DNA of 63,026 bases, counting the filler, from Folioceros fuciformis (taxonomy: Eukaryota), in the NCBI GenBank assembly GCA_049999805.1. It is 9 parts of 9 records of this genome, joined end to end, with 100 filler letters (N's around TTAATTAATTAA, not from the genome) between each part and the next. Parts side by side here need not be neighbours in the genome. Positions count along the whole stretch, not along the records: positions 22,522 to 32,273 come from JBNGIO010003551.1; positions 32,374 to 40,263 come from JBNGIO010003552.1; 7 more parts are not named here. One strand, written 5' to 3'. Shown piece by piece: positions 26,001 to 36,776 of this stretch. The number at the start of each line of letters is the position of its first letter. Positions within the stretch are counted from its first letter, which is position 1. The position numbers and the translations under genes were made by a program. Under the pieces are notes generated by a model. That model had not been told where the DNA came from and did no database searches. It saw nothing but the letters and a program-made list of their open reading frames with translations.

Positions 26001-26520
26001 GCTCGCAAACTCGCCTGCAAGGGTGGCGGCCTGCTGGCTTGTCAAGGTGGCCGAGAACCCATCAAACACGTTCGTGTAGCTGTAGAGCCGGCACTCCATG
26101 GCGGCGTCGTAGCTGCAGTTCAGCACACATCGCTCAAAGCCGATCGGATCACACACGGTCCAACTCCAACTCCAATTCCAACAACAACCCAACACCGCAT
26201 TACTACCTTCCGTGCACATGAGTGAGCAGATTTGCGTGCCGTCCCGCAGCCAGTGTGCTCGCCTCGGGGACGTTCCGGTCCACATTACCATTTCTCCGCA
26301 AATGCACGACGTAGACCTGGATCCACCTCACAATCTCACAATCAGAAGGCACCCTGCAATCTCAAACTGCAGAATTGGGGAGTCCCAACCACCATCCCAC
26401 CTGCTTCTCGTCCGTGGTGGCCTGGAGCTCCTTCTCATACCCGTGCACGCGCAGAGCAGCAGCTGCTGCAACCAGAAGAAGGGCCAAGATGAGGGCCGTG
26501 GCCAGCCATTGTTTGCCCAT
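23024..26520 (-). CDS. Subtilisin-like serine protease (S8A subtilase), multi-exon, with signal peptide, I9 prodomain, PA and Fn3-like domains
   Basis: Signal [22 protein letters not shown]; prodomain [24 protein letters not shown]; catalytic motifs [57 protein letters not shown]. One N-gap at 25865-25964. Confidence 0.95.
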
Positions 26521-27330
26521 GGCCACCCGCCTGGAGCATGAACAGATCTCCTGGGCTCACACAGCCGCGCGTGCATGCAGTTATGACATTGGCCTTGGAT
26601 GCCATTGTTGCCCCAATTTGTAGCTGGCTCGGAAATTGGTGGACCGAGCCCGCCGGGGGTCGCATCACCATATTCTGCTTCCGTCTGTTGAGCAACTTTC
26701 GCGGGCGTAGCACCCGGTGTGTGAACGCCCTTTCCCTTTGACTGGCTCCTTGGACCAACGTCTGGAACAACGGGAGGATCGGTACACTACAGTACTCTAA
26801 CACGAATCTAGCCAGCAAACCTTAAGCACTATAATACTTTATTTATCTCCTCAAAAACTTTAATTTTAGATTTAACTTCAAATATCTCCTTTCTCCAGCA
26901 CATAGACATGTGCTGTGGATGAACCACCGTCAATAAAATATCACTACTTCAAAATATATATATCATCTATGATAGGTAGGTTATGAGAAACATGTCATAT
27001 TTATTCCTGCTTGAAAGGCGAGAAAATATCTTACTCCACATTTCAATAAAATTTTACTTTATAATAACAGTAAAAAATAATTAAAAATAACTTTTTAGAT
27101 GGTAAAATTTTACTTCTTTAGTAAGATCCAAAGATACATTAGAGCTAGCCATCATGGGCTTCCTCTTAGTTAAGCCAATGGGTTCATTCCATGTCAAGGT
27201 AATTGACAAACTATCCCTAAATTATCCTACTACATTTTGAACAACTTGTTCGAGTAAACAACCAACTTAAACTCCTTTGTTTTATGGTGGGCTTATAGTT
27301 TTGTTTTCAAAGGTGTGATCTAGTCCATGT

Positions 27331-27375
27331 GGGGTTTAGGGTTTAGGCTTTAGGGACCCTTCAACCCTAAACCCT
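27331..27375. repeat. Short interstitial plant-telomere-like repeats in inverted arrangement
   Basis: gggtttagggtttaggctttaggg-acccttc-aaccctaaaccct. Confidence 0.6.
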
Positions 27376-28188
27376 TCACGTAGTGTATTATGAACTTTGC
27401 CTTCTTTCTTCTAATGTGTGTTTGTGAATCATAGGTTGTTTGTGTCTCATACAACCCAATATGTTGATCTTATAACTTGTATTTCCACAAGTCTCATGTC
27501 ATAGATAATCCCTAGAGACATTAGATGTCCTGACTTAGGTATAGCTGGTCCAAAAACCCAAGTAGTCTAGACTGGTCTTGTGTTTCTTGCTAATCGTGTT
27601 TGATAGGTTGTTGTGTTTTGAAAAATAGTGGATTCCATAGCAACCAGTTACTAGCTGGTATTATTGTGCTTGTTATGGATATTCCTTTCCTTCCTACACA
27701 CATTAGCTACCGCCTCGATGTCGTGAAAGAATAATGCGGGCCAAGACCGAAGTTACCTGGCTTGACCTAGTGTGTACGGGGTTGTGGCATTTTGTGTGGT
27801 TGGAAAATTATAAATATGCAGTAAAGCAGGCGCATATGTATGTACGGTACAGTAGAGTTACATACTGTATGTGTTTTCCCGTTCCGTGCCGACAGGACAG
27901 TGTGCCCCCGGGTGCGACGGGAAGGATATACTGGGTTGAAAGGTCAACTCCAGGCCTGATTGTTCCACGGCTGCCTAGACACCTACTGACCTAGTCCCAG
28001 AGGCTCAGGACCTGGGAACGAGACCTGGGCTCGGCCTACTGCAAGCTCCACAGTGGGAAGGAAGATGGCCGCAAAATGGACGAGTGAGAGGTGAGGTTGG
28101 ATGGAGCTCCAGCTAGGGATTGGTGGTTCTCGAATTGAGCGCCTGCTCCCGGCACGGCGGGTTTGTTTGAGTGTCGGATCCGGGGCTC

Positions 28189-29064
28189 ATGTACCGGACG
28201 GTGCGTGGATTTCGCGGCTTGAGATGGCGGGGATCTTGGATCCTGCCGTGGCCGGAGTCGGGAGCGAGCATAATTGAGAGGTCGTGGAGTGGCGGGAGAT
28301 GTTTAAGCGCAGGTGCAGGTGGAGGTTGGGGTGTGGAGCGCTCGGGAGAGCGAGGCCATGGGAGCGGGGAAGGGCGGGGGAAGAGAGCTAGGGTTCCGCT
28401 CAAACCCTGGCAGCAGGCTCTGGTGGCCGCGGGGTCTGCTGTGGGAGCGCTGCTCAATCCTGCGCGGGCGGATCTGGTTGGCGCCTTGGGAGAGACCACG
28501 GGTGGACCGGCCTTCCGTGGCTTGCTGGAGAGGATGAAGAGGAGCGAGGAAGGGCAGCAGATCCTGCTGGAGCGGCCCCGGGTGATGTCCGAATTCGTGT
28601 CGCATGCTTGGGACCTGCCGCCTAACACCTTCGGTGCAGCGTATGCTAGGTTTATGGGGTCCAGGAATTTCTCGCCGGATGACAGGCCGCCGGTACGGTT
28701 TCTGGAGCGGGATGAGGTAGCATATGTTGCAACTCGGGCCAGGGAGGTGCATGACTTCTGGCATGTGCTTTTCAATGTTCCGACCAGCGTCCTTGGAGAG
28801 CTGGCACTGAAGATGGTGGAGTTCCAGCAGACTCTGCTTCCTATGTGTTTCTTATCGGTGGCGGGTGCTTCCTGGAGGCTCAAGCCTGAGCAGAGGGAGC
28901 TGCTCTTCAAGCACTACTTCCCCTGGGCTGTGCAAGCTGGGAAGTCTTGTGATGACCTCATTTGCATTTACTATGAGAAGTACTTCGCTGAAGATCTGGA
29001 AGAAGTGAGGAGGCGGTGGGGCATCGTTCCAGCACCCCCTAGACCCAACAGTAAGGACCTGTAG
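28189..29064 (+). CDS. COQ4: Ubiquinone biosynthesis protein COQ4 (mitochondrial), single exon
   Basis: [38 protein letters not shown], metal-binding [11 protein letters not shown]...GELALK, IYYEKYF. Arg-rich N-terminus from the ATG at 28189. Confidence 0.95.
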   Translation: MYRTVRGFRGLRWRGSWILPWPESGASIIERSWSGGRCLSAGAGGGWGVERSGERGHGSGEGRGKRARVPLKPWQQALVAAGSAVGALLNPARADLVGALGETTGGPAFRGLLERMKRSEEGQQILLERPRVMSEFVSHAWDLPPNTFGAAYARFMGSRNFSPDDRPPVRFLERDEVAYVATRAREVHDFWHVLFNVPTSVLGELALKMVEFQQTLLPMCFLSVAGASWRLKPEQRELLFKHYFPWAVQAGKSCDDLICIYYEKYFAEDLEEVRRRWGIVPAPPRPNSKDL

Positions 29065-29348
29065 TCCCGTTTGTTGACAGAACGCACTTCGAAGGCAGAG
29101 GATGCCCTCCATCTGGGATCCTATGTCAGGTCAGGGATTGTAACAAGGAATGACACACTTGCTGGTGTGCTCGGAATGATCAGTCAGTATTTGTCACAGA
29201 TGAAATACACGAGCTTCTCGCAGTGTCAAAGCTATGCTTTACACAGGTAAACAATGAGGTCAGCGTAGGTAGTACCCACACAAAATGGTTTTGCCCAGAA
29301 ACTCATGATGAATCTCTCTGCTTCGACCCAACCCCTCCCGCTCATCCA

Positions 29349-32250
29349 TCAGTCGTCATCTCCATCACTATCGCCATCTCCACCGAATATATCTCGAAAG
29401 ACGTCTTGGAGCCCACCAAACCCACCGGCATCCTGCCCCTCCTTGAAGGCATGTCCATCCTGATAGTCTTGGAACCCAGGTTGGTCATGAACATCTTGAA
29501 AATCACCAAACCCACCTGCACCTTGCCCGTCTTTGAAGCCTTGTCCATCCTGATAGCCTTGGAACCCAGCTTGGTCATGGATATCTTGAAAGCCACCAAA
29601 CCCACCTGCATCCTGCCCATCTTTAAAGCCATGTCGATCCTGATCGTCTTGGATTCCAACTTGGTCAGGAACATCTTGAAAGCCACCTGCTTTCTGCCCA
29701 TCTTTGAAGCCATGTTGATCCTGATCGTCTTGAAGCCTTACTTGATCATGAACATGATGAAGGCCACTTTGATCATTAACATCAGAAAAGCGACCGTGTA
29801 GTCCCGAGATTTCATCCCCATCAAGAGAATCACTTGATTTTGCAGCACCGTCGACACCAGTGGCCCTGGCATCGGATTCCTCTCCTGAGACACTGCTTCC
29901 CTGGTCCGCAAACTCGGATGAGCCAAAGTAGGGCAGATGGAAACCTCCGAAGGATCTGCAAAGGTTTTCCGCGGGGGGGTAAAGTGTCACGATGGATCTC
30001 GTAAAAAGATGTGCATCTCTGTAAAACTGATTCCCCAAGATAAGAGCTGCAGTTACCCCGAGTGTCGGGAAAAGTAGTCGTTATCAAGTGACACAGCTAA
30101 TGCCAGTGTCATAGCCCTCTCCGACAGGTTCAAGGAATGGTCCACCACTAAGGGCTCAACCTGCTCGACACAGACCACGGACGGAATTGCAGGCCAGACA
30201 GAGATAGCCATAACAACTTTCAAACAAGAACACCAAACACGCCACCAGGAAAGAAGCGGACATGCACCTGAGTCTCCTCTGTCCGAAGGACCACACCAGA
30301 CTGGCCCATGGGAGTAGGGCCTAGTTGCTGACCAGGCGAGAGATGTGTGAATCTTTGAGCTTCATTCACATCTTCAATGACGTCTCCAAACCGAATGACA
30401 TATTGCCCTGCATCAGTGAAGAACTGCGACGAAAGTGACAGAATTTCATTTCCTTGCGGACAAATGAGCGGCCACAAAAACTTGTTGCTAGGCCAAAGTG
30501 CACAGCATCTGCTTCGCCCTAATTTGCACATGCATCAAACTAGCCGACCGCGAACACCTGATCTTACCTCAAACCCAAAACCCCTCCAGTTCCGATCAAT
30601 CTCTGCGAGCAATTTACCATCTTTATCCTTAAGTGAGAACGTCCAGTACCAAAATCCAGGATTCTCTACGGTTGCGAATTGCTTGTTCCTGTGAGTACCG
30701 AATATTAGTAGGAAGGGGAAAGCAGCCCACATCACCAGAAGGTTTTGCAAAGCCTCACCCTATGTACAAATCATAGACACGCCTCCACAGGTGCCACCTT
30801 CGGCGAGCCTCACCAATAACCTGCACACCTCCAACAAGAAACATGTACAATATCACCTCCATAAAGCATTGCCACAACAACCAAACCAGATCAAAACACA
30901 TCAACAGGATGGAATTCTCAGTGCCGTTGAACAACCTTCCCATCAACTTCAACATAGATCGTACTGTTAATCAGCCACATAGGCCGTCGAATCTGACAAT
31001 CCCAGTGCAAATATTAGGTTAATAAGAAGCCTCCACAACTTGCACTACTGACAGTCAAATGAACTGCTGACTGATGCCCATACCCGAAACAATTCAACAC
31101 CATTTCCATCCAACACAGATGCAATAAATGAGCGCCTTGTCCTCAAAAGCTGCATCACATGTCCAGCCTTCCTAGTCAGTAACTATTAGCCATGCCTTAT
31201 AAAGCTCCTCAGGAAACAGTTCTCCAGACTAAGCACGCTTCACCTCACAAGAACCAAGAAAATCACCTGTCTCATGAACCAGGCACTGTCTTCCAAAATG
31301 TAGCCAACTGGCTGGGATCAAACCACAACGTCAGAAGCCATGATTCACAACCCCCATGCTGCAAACAAGTTATGGCGGAGGTTTCCAGTCTGCCTGCGAA
31401 TGGCTCGTGATGTACGAAACACATCGATACTTACACTCTGAGGCTGTCGTGGGTCAATCATCACGTATCGATTTTGCTGCAGCACATCCGACCCCAAAGA
31501 AAGTCAAAACAAGCTCCTCCTCGCCAGCAAGAAACAGAAACCACCAGCTCGACATTATTGGCCTCTACGGCCCGCACCTGCTCGAAGCCGAACGCCAAAT
31601 TGGCCCACTCGATATTTCTCGTGATTAGCAAGTCTGGCCTCGCCAGCACAGTAACTAACTTTTCCTGCAACATACTCACCCCCACAAATCACATCAGCAC
31701 GGATCTCATGATAAACAGACGCTGCATCATCATCTCTGTCACACACCTCCTCAGGAGTAGCAGGTCTTAAGCTCCCTAAAAGTGGCTGGCTCGGAGGTGG
31801 CTGGGACAGGGTCGGAGAAGCAGGCAGCTCATCCACTCGAGTGAACACGTTAGAGTCATCCTTATCGCCAGAGTTGGATCGTGACTGAACTCGTTTTTGT
31901 CTCAACTGCCTCCTCTTCCTGCCAGCCATAAGCCTTACTGCCAACCACTCGTTGCTCAGACTATGCTCGTGCCGAACGGGTTGCCCTCCAAGACTCATCA
32001 GCTCACGGATTATGCAATTCTCTATTGTCGAGTGGTATCTTCCACAATGACGATCATTGTCCAACCGAGATCCAATGCTCCAATTCCAACGACATCCTCT
32101 CCCAAACCCGACATGAAGTCCTGAAGTGCGAGTAGCACAGTTGGCCGTGGAAGCCTCTGTCAGAGTCTTGGAAACGCCATTCCCAACCCCCGCAATTGCA
32201 CCAACCAGTCGGAAAATAACTGGCGATAGCGCTCCATAATCTGGTTCCAT
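29349..32250 (-). CDS. Phospholipid scramblase family protein (AIM25/At2g04940-like), about 11 exons, with an acidic repeat C-terminal exon (29955-29349); 5' end uncertain
   Basis: Exon peptides in order: LLITRNIEWANLAFGFEQ / QNRYVMIDPRQPQS / PVGYILED / LLRTRRSF / IRRPMWLINS / RRWHLWRRVYDLY / NPGFWYWTF..IDRNWRGFGFE / FTDAGQYVIRFG / ERAMTLALAVSLDNDYFSRHSG. The introns I traced are GT-AG. Confidence 0.92.
29400..29760 (-). repeat. Coding tandem repeat, 90-bp (30-aa) unit, about 4 copies
   Basis: Unit starts at 29469, 29559, 29649 and 29730 on the + strand; peptide FQDIHDQAGFQGYQDGQGFKDGQGAGGFGD. Confidence 0.9.
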
Positions 32251-32273
32251 CAAATTCCAGCACTCTGCAACCG

Positions 32274-32373
32274 NNNNNNNNNNNNNNNNNNNNNNNNNNN
32301 NNNNNNNNNNNNNNNNNTTAATTAATTAANNNNNNNNNNNNNNNNNNNNNNNNNNNNNNNNNNNNNNNNNNNN
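32274..32373. other. Artificial scaffold linker
   Basis: N44-TTAATTAATTAA-N44. Confidence 0.97.
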
Positions 32374-33733
32374 GTATATTATCAACTGGATTTACAGGGC
32401 TTTCACAGAGCCACATTACGTGCAGTGGATAAGTAAGTATCTGCGCAATCTTGGTGGCTGTTTTTGTATATTCACGAGCTAGCCAGCCTGGCGTTTGTTT
32501 GGTTCTTCTTTTGATTTAGCTCTCACTTGGGTGTGCAGCATGGGTATCCGGCCTTGTGCAGACACTTCTTTACGCCGATTTTTTCTACTACTACATCAAG
32601 AGGTCAGCAATGTCTCCTGCTGTAATGTCATCTTGCCGGATTCTGCATTACGTTTGACTTTCTCCTTGGAAATCTGGGAATGCGATTTTTTGGAATCACT
32701 GTTGCTTGGGGATTTGGTGGTTAGTGCTGTACCTGTGGCTATTTCTTGGTGCTCGATTTTGAAGTGTGGGGCCTGGAGGCCATTTCTAACTACACCTTAG
32801 TCAGGAATTCCCAGACTTGCTTCCTCGTTTTGGGTTTCTGGAGTTTTGCTTCTATCTCAACTAGTTTACAGTATTGTGTTGAGTATACCTGACCATGGCT
32901 TTGGGGCTTTCCTGGCAGTTGGAGAAACAATGAGCGGCTACATCTACCGGCATAAAATTTGTCCAGACAAAGGTTCCCAGTCTAGTAAATTTCGTTGACC
33001 GGTGTCTCTAGCCGAGACGGTAGGGTATCGTCTTGGACACGGACACGCTGTCAGTGATTACGGGCCAGTACCTTTTCATTAGGTAGGCATTGGCATTTTG
33101 AGCTGGGCGCGGTCGCATATAAGGAATTCCCTCTGTCTATGGAGCTTGTCATCTGTGTACTACGCTTGCCGGTAAAATCGAAGGATGTCTCTGCCTCAAA
33201 GCAGACCGGGGGTTGCTGACCGCTCGTTCGGGCAACTTGGTAAAGTGGATGGATGGGGATAGACCTGAACGCTCCACGTATGTACTGACCTCTGGTGTAA
33301 GCGCCACATACACTGACCTGTAGTTAGAGTTTTCGTTGCCTAAAACCCTCCGAAGTGGATACCGCGATCAAGTAGTTCTGGCTAGAGCGCCAGTCGCGAA
33401 GATGGCACCACTTTGAGCTCGCGTCGTAACGTCTCCGTGGATGCCCTTCTCCCGCAAGTTGTGGCTGGACCTGGTATCGAATCGCGGAGAAACGTGAAAA
33501 CTTGCGCAAGACGTGTTCGATTTGTTCTGGCAGTGTCCCTTGCCTTGCGAATTTCTTGGACTTGATGCCATCTCCTTTTCTCCTTGCAGGTTTAGAGAGT
33601 AGACCGCCAGATCGCAGAGGTCTGCAAGGGAGAAGGATAGCAGCCCAGGGTGCGCTGCATTGTTCTCGCTTTGTCGCCTGCATTGGAAAGCCGGGCTTCT
33701 GCCTGTGCCGTCGGTCTACTACGCCTTGCCATC

Positions 33734-35112
33734 ATGAACCGGGCTGGAAGGAAGCTACTGCAAGCTGCGCTTCGCCGTGCCTCTCATTCCCAAGCCTCGC
33801 TGCAAGTCCCCCGCCGCAGCTATGCTGAGGCGTCGGCCGTGNNNNNNNNNNNNNNNNNNNNNNNNNNNNNNNNNNNNNNNNNNNNNNNNNNNNNNNNNNN
33901 NNNNNNNNNNNNNNNNNNNNNNNNNNNNNNNNNNNNNNNNNCCAATTCAATATAAGGACTCCATCATGGACTCCACCGTCAATTGCCGGACCAACGGATC
34001 CCTGTTTGACGTCTCCCATATGTGCGGTCTTTCTATGAAGGGAACTGATGTTATTCCCTTCTTGGAGACTCTTGTGGTGGGGGACATTGCTGACCTTGCA
34101 CCAGGTACTGGGACCTTGTCCGTTTTCACTAATGAGAAAGGAGGAGTGATTGATGACACGGTGATCACCAAGGTTAACGACGAGCACATCTATCTGGTGG
34201 TGAATGCGGGGTGCAGAGAGAAGGATCTGGCTCATATCGAGAAGCACATCACCCCCTTCAAGCATGCCGGCAAGAACGTGGGGTGGCACATCCATGACGA
34301 GAGGTCTCTGTTGGCTTTGCAAGGGCCGCTGGCTGGATCAGTGTTGCAGTCTCTTGTCAAAGAGGACTTGAGCAAGTTCTATTTCAGCGATTTCAAGATC
34401 CTCAATGTGAACGGTTCCTCCTGCTACGTAACCAGAACGGGGTATATTCTATGTGCCTTGACCAAGCATCTGGCTTTGGGTGCATGTAGATGGATTTGCT
34501 GTCCCAGACGTTCCCCAATTTTCTCGGAATGGCATGATGTGCTCACTTTTTGGATGTTTCCTCTGCAGGTACACTGGAGAGGATGGTTTTGAGATATCTG
34601 TACCTAATGAAGATGCTGTAGATTTGGCAAAAGCCATTTTGGAGAAGTCCGAGGGCAACGTTCGTCTCACTGGTCTGGGTGCCCGTGACAGTTTAAGACT
34701 GGAGGCTGGACTCTGTTTGTACGGAAATGACCTAGAACAGCACATCACACCCATCGAGGCTGGGCTGGCGTGGACTGTTGGGAAGAGAAGGCGTGCAGAA
34801 GGTGGCTTCCTGGGAGCCGAGGTCATCTTGCAGCAGCTGAAAGATGGACCACCCAGAAGAAGGGTGGGGCTTGTCTCTAGTGGTGCGCCTGCAAGAGGCC
34901 ACAGTGAAATCCTGGATGCATCCGGCAAAGTGGTGGGAGAGGTCACCAGTGGAGGGTTCAGCCCTTGCTTGAAGAAGAACATCGCAATGGGCTACGTAGC
35001 CTCGGGCAATCACAAGAATGGTACTGCTCTCAAGGTGAACGTCAGAGGCAAGGTCAATGACGCAGTGGTCACGAAGATGCCCTTCGTGCCAACTCACTAC
35101 TACAAAGGCTGA
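33734..35112 (+). CDS. GLDT: Glycine cleavage system T protein (aminomethyltransferase), mitochondrial; exons 33734-34441 (contains an N-gap) and 34569-35112
   Basis: Presequence [10 protein letters not shown]...[85 protein letters not shown]. Confidence 0.97.
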
Positions 35113-35589
35113 GCGAGGCCTGCGCACCATAACTTTGTCTTAATTCTGGCTTTTTGATTCGGGGCTGAGCCATACGATCAAAAAGTTGCACCTTGGACTT
35201 TGAAGACTATGTACTATTTCAGTGTCCCTTCACTTAAGACGGTCATGGTTGTTTGCATTCAAGCCAATCATGTTTTTGGTCCGTTTGTTTAAGTTAGCAA
35301 GACGGTGAACAAAACATCGATTCTTGACCTTTAGGCCCCTTCCTCTCCAGTAGGCAACAGGGAATCGTTTAATCTATGGAAATCCATTCCTAAGGCTCCC
35401 CAACTGCGTTCTGCATTAGTGAATAACACATAATGTGGACGACCGTGTCGTCAGCGATTGACGCCGCCCGAGGAGTCAAGGAAGAGAAGGGGAAGGAGGA
35501 GGAGAACGGCTGCAACGGAGCCGGGACAATGAGGGATTGTTGAAAGCTCCTTCCCTTGCCCTCTTGGTTCGTGGTAACGAGGCGCTGCG

Positions 35590-36651
35590 ATGGAAGAGGA
35601 GATCAAGGATGTTTACCTCATCAGGCATGCTCAGAGTACAATGAATGTGAAGCCGGAGTTGGTAGGGGGGAGATCTCCGTTGGCCTGCCTCACGCCCTTG
35701 GGGAAGCTGCAGGCCAAAGCTCTGGGACAGTCGCTGTGCAGCCTAGGGGTCGAATTCGACTATGTTTTCGCTTCCCCTCTGGAGCGTGCCAAGGACACTG
35801 CCATCACCGTGTGCCAGGTATGGGTCACGTGATGCGTTCTCGTGAATGCGGTCGCTGCTTTGCTGCTCGGGGTGCGTTGCTTCCAGTAGGGCAAGCACCT
35901 GGTCTGATTGCCTCCAGAGAAACAGGAAATGAATTTTCCTGCAGACCGCATAAATTTCTTGGAGTCATTGGAGGAGCTGTCACAAGGAGAGTGGGAAGGG
36001 CAGGTGCGCAAAGAGGTCTACACCCCGGCGGTCCTGAGGAGCATGAGATCTATGGGGCAAGATTTTCATGCTCCAGGTGGAGAGTCACAGCGTGAGGCTA
36101 AGTTACGAATGGTGGAGTTCGTTAAAAACGTTGTTCTGAAGCAGAGCTGCTGTGAGGTCAGAGTAAATCGCACTACCAGCTGGGACTCACAGGCGGAGGA
36201 ACTGGAGGTGATTCTTACGCGTTTGCCGGAATACGCTGTTCCTTACAGCTTCACTAATGCAGTACAAGTTCTCAACTCTGAACTGTGTTTGCAGGGATCA
36301 TCCCCTGATGTAAATGGCGACGACGCTGAAGCGACCCGTTTAAAACAGTGCCGGGGGTTTCTGTCAGAGCCCGGGGAGAAGCTGGTCCTTACATCCGAAA
36401 GTGTGGCCGCGGAGGCACAACTCCTTCGAGCTCCGTCGAGTTATCAGCCCTTGCGTATTGCGGTGGTAACTCACGGCTTTGCCATGATCTGTCTCTTACG
36501 AGGATTGCTTGGATCTCACCAACACATTACGGGCAACTTGTCGATAGACAACTCGTCCGTGACAATTCTGAGACATTCAACCATTACTGGCTGGACTGTT
36601 GTGAAGTTGAATGACACCTCCCACCTGTGCTCTATTACAACTTCGATTTGA
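35590..36651 (+). CDS. Histidine phosphatase / phosphoglycerate-mutase-like protein; exons 35590-35817 and 35926-36651
   Basis: LIRHAQS (RHG-like motif), LTPLGKLQA, SPLERA, EELSQGEWEG, PGGES, VVTHG, IDNSSVT, LNDTSHL; phase-0 intron. Confidence 0.92.
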
Positions 36652-36776
36652 CGGGCATATTGGAAGCCCTCGTCTTCACATGGCTGTTTGCTAAGGAGAA
36701 AGGTTGACAAAATACCACCAGAAGTCCCCGTCCCTACTGATGACGATGAAGATCTGGCAAACCACCATGAGACAGA

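Noticed and set aside
28113..28910. 265-aa minus-strand ORF
   Set aside because: Antisense shadow of GC-rich COQ4.
29223..29801. 192-aa hydrophobic repeat ORF on the + strand
   Set aside because: Antisense reading of the scramblase repeat exon, which has proper splice support on the minus strand.
33842..33941. Apparent frameshift in GLDT
   Set aside because: Caused by the fixed 100-N placeholder gap, not a real mutation.
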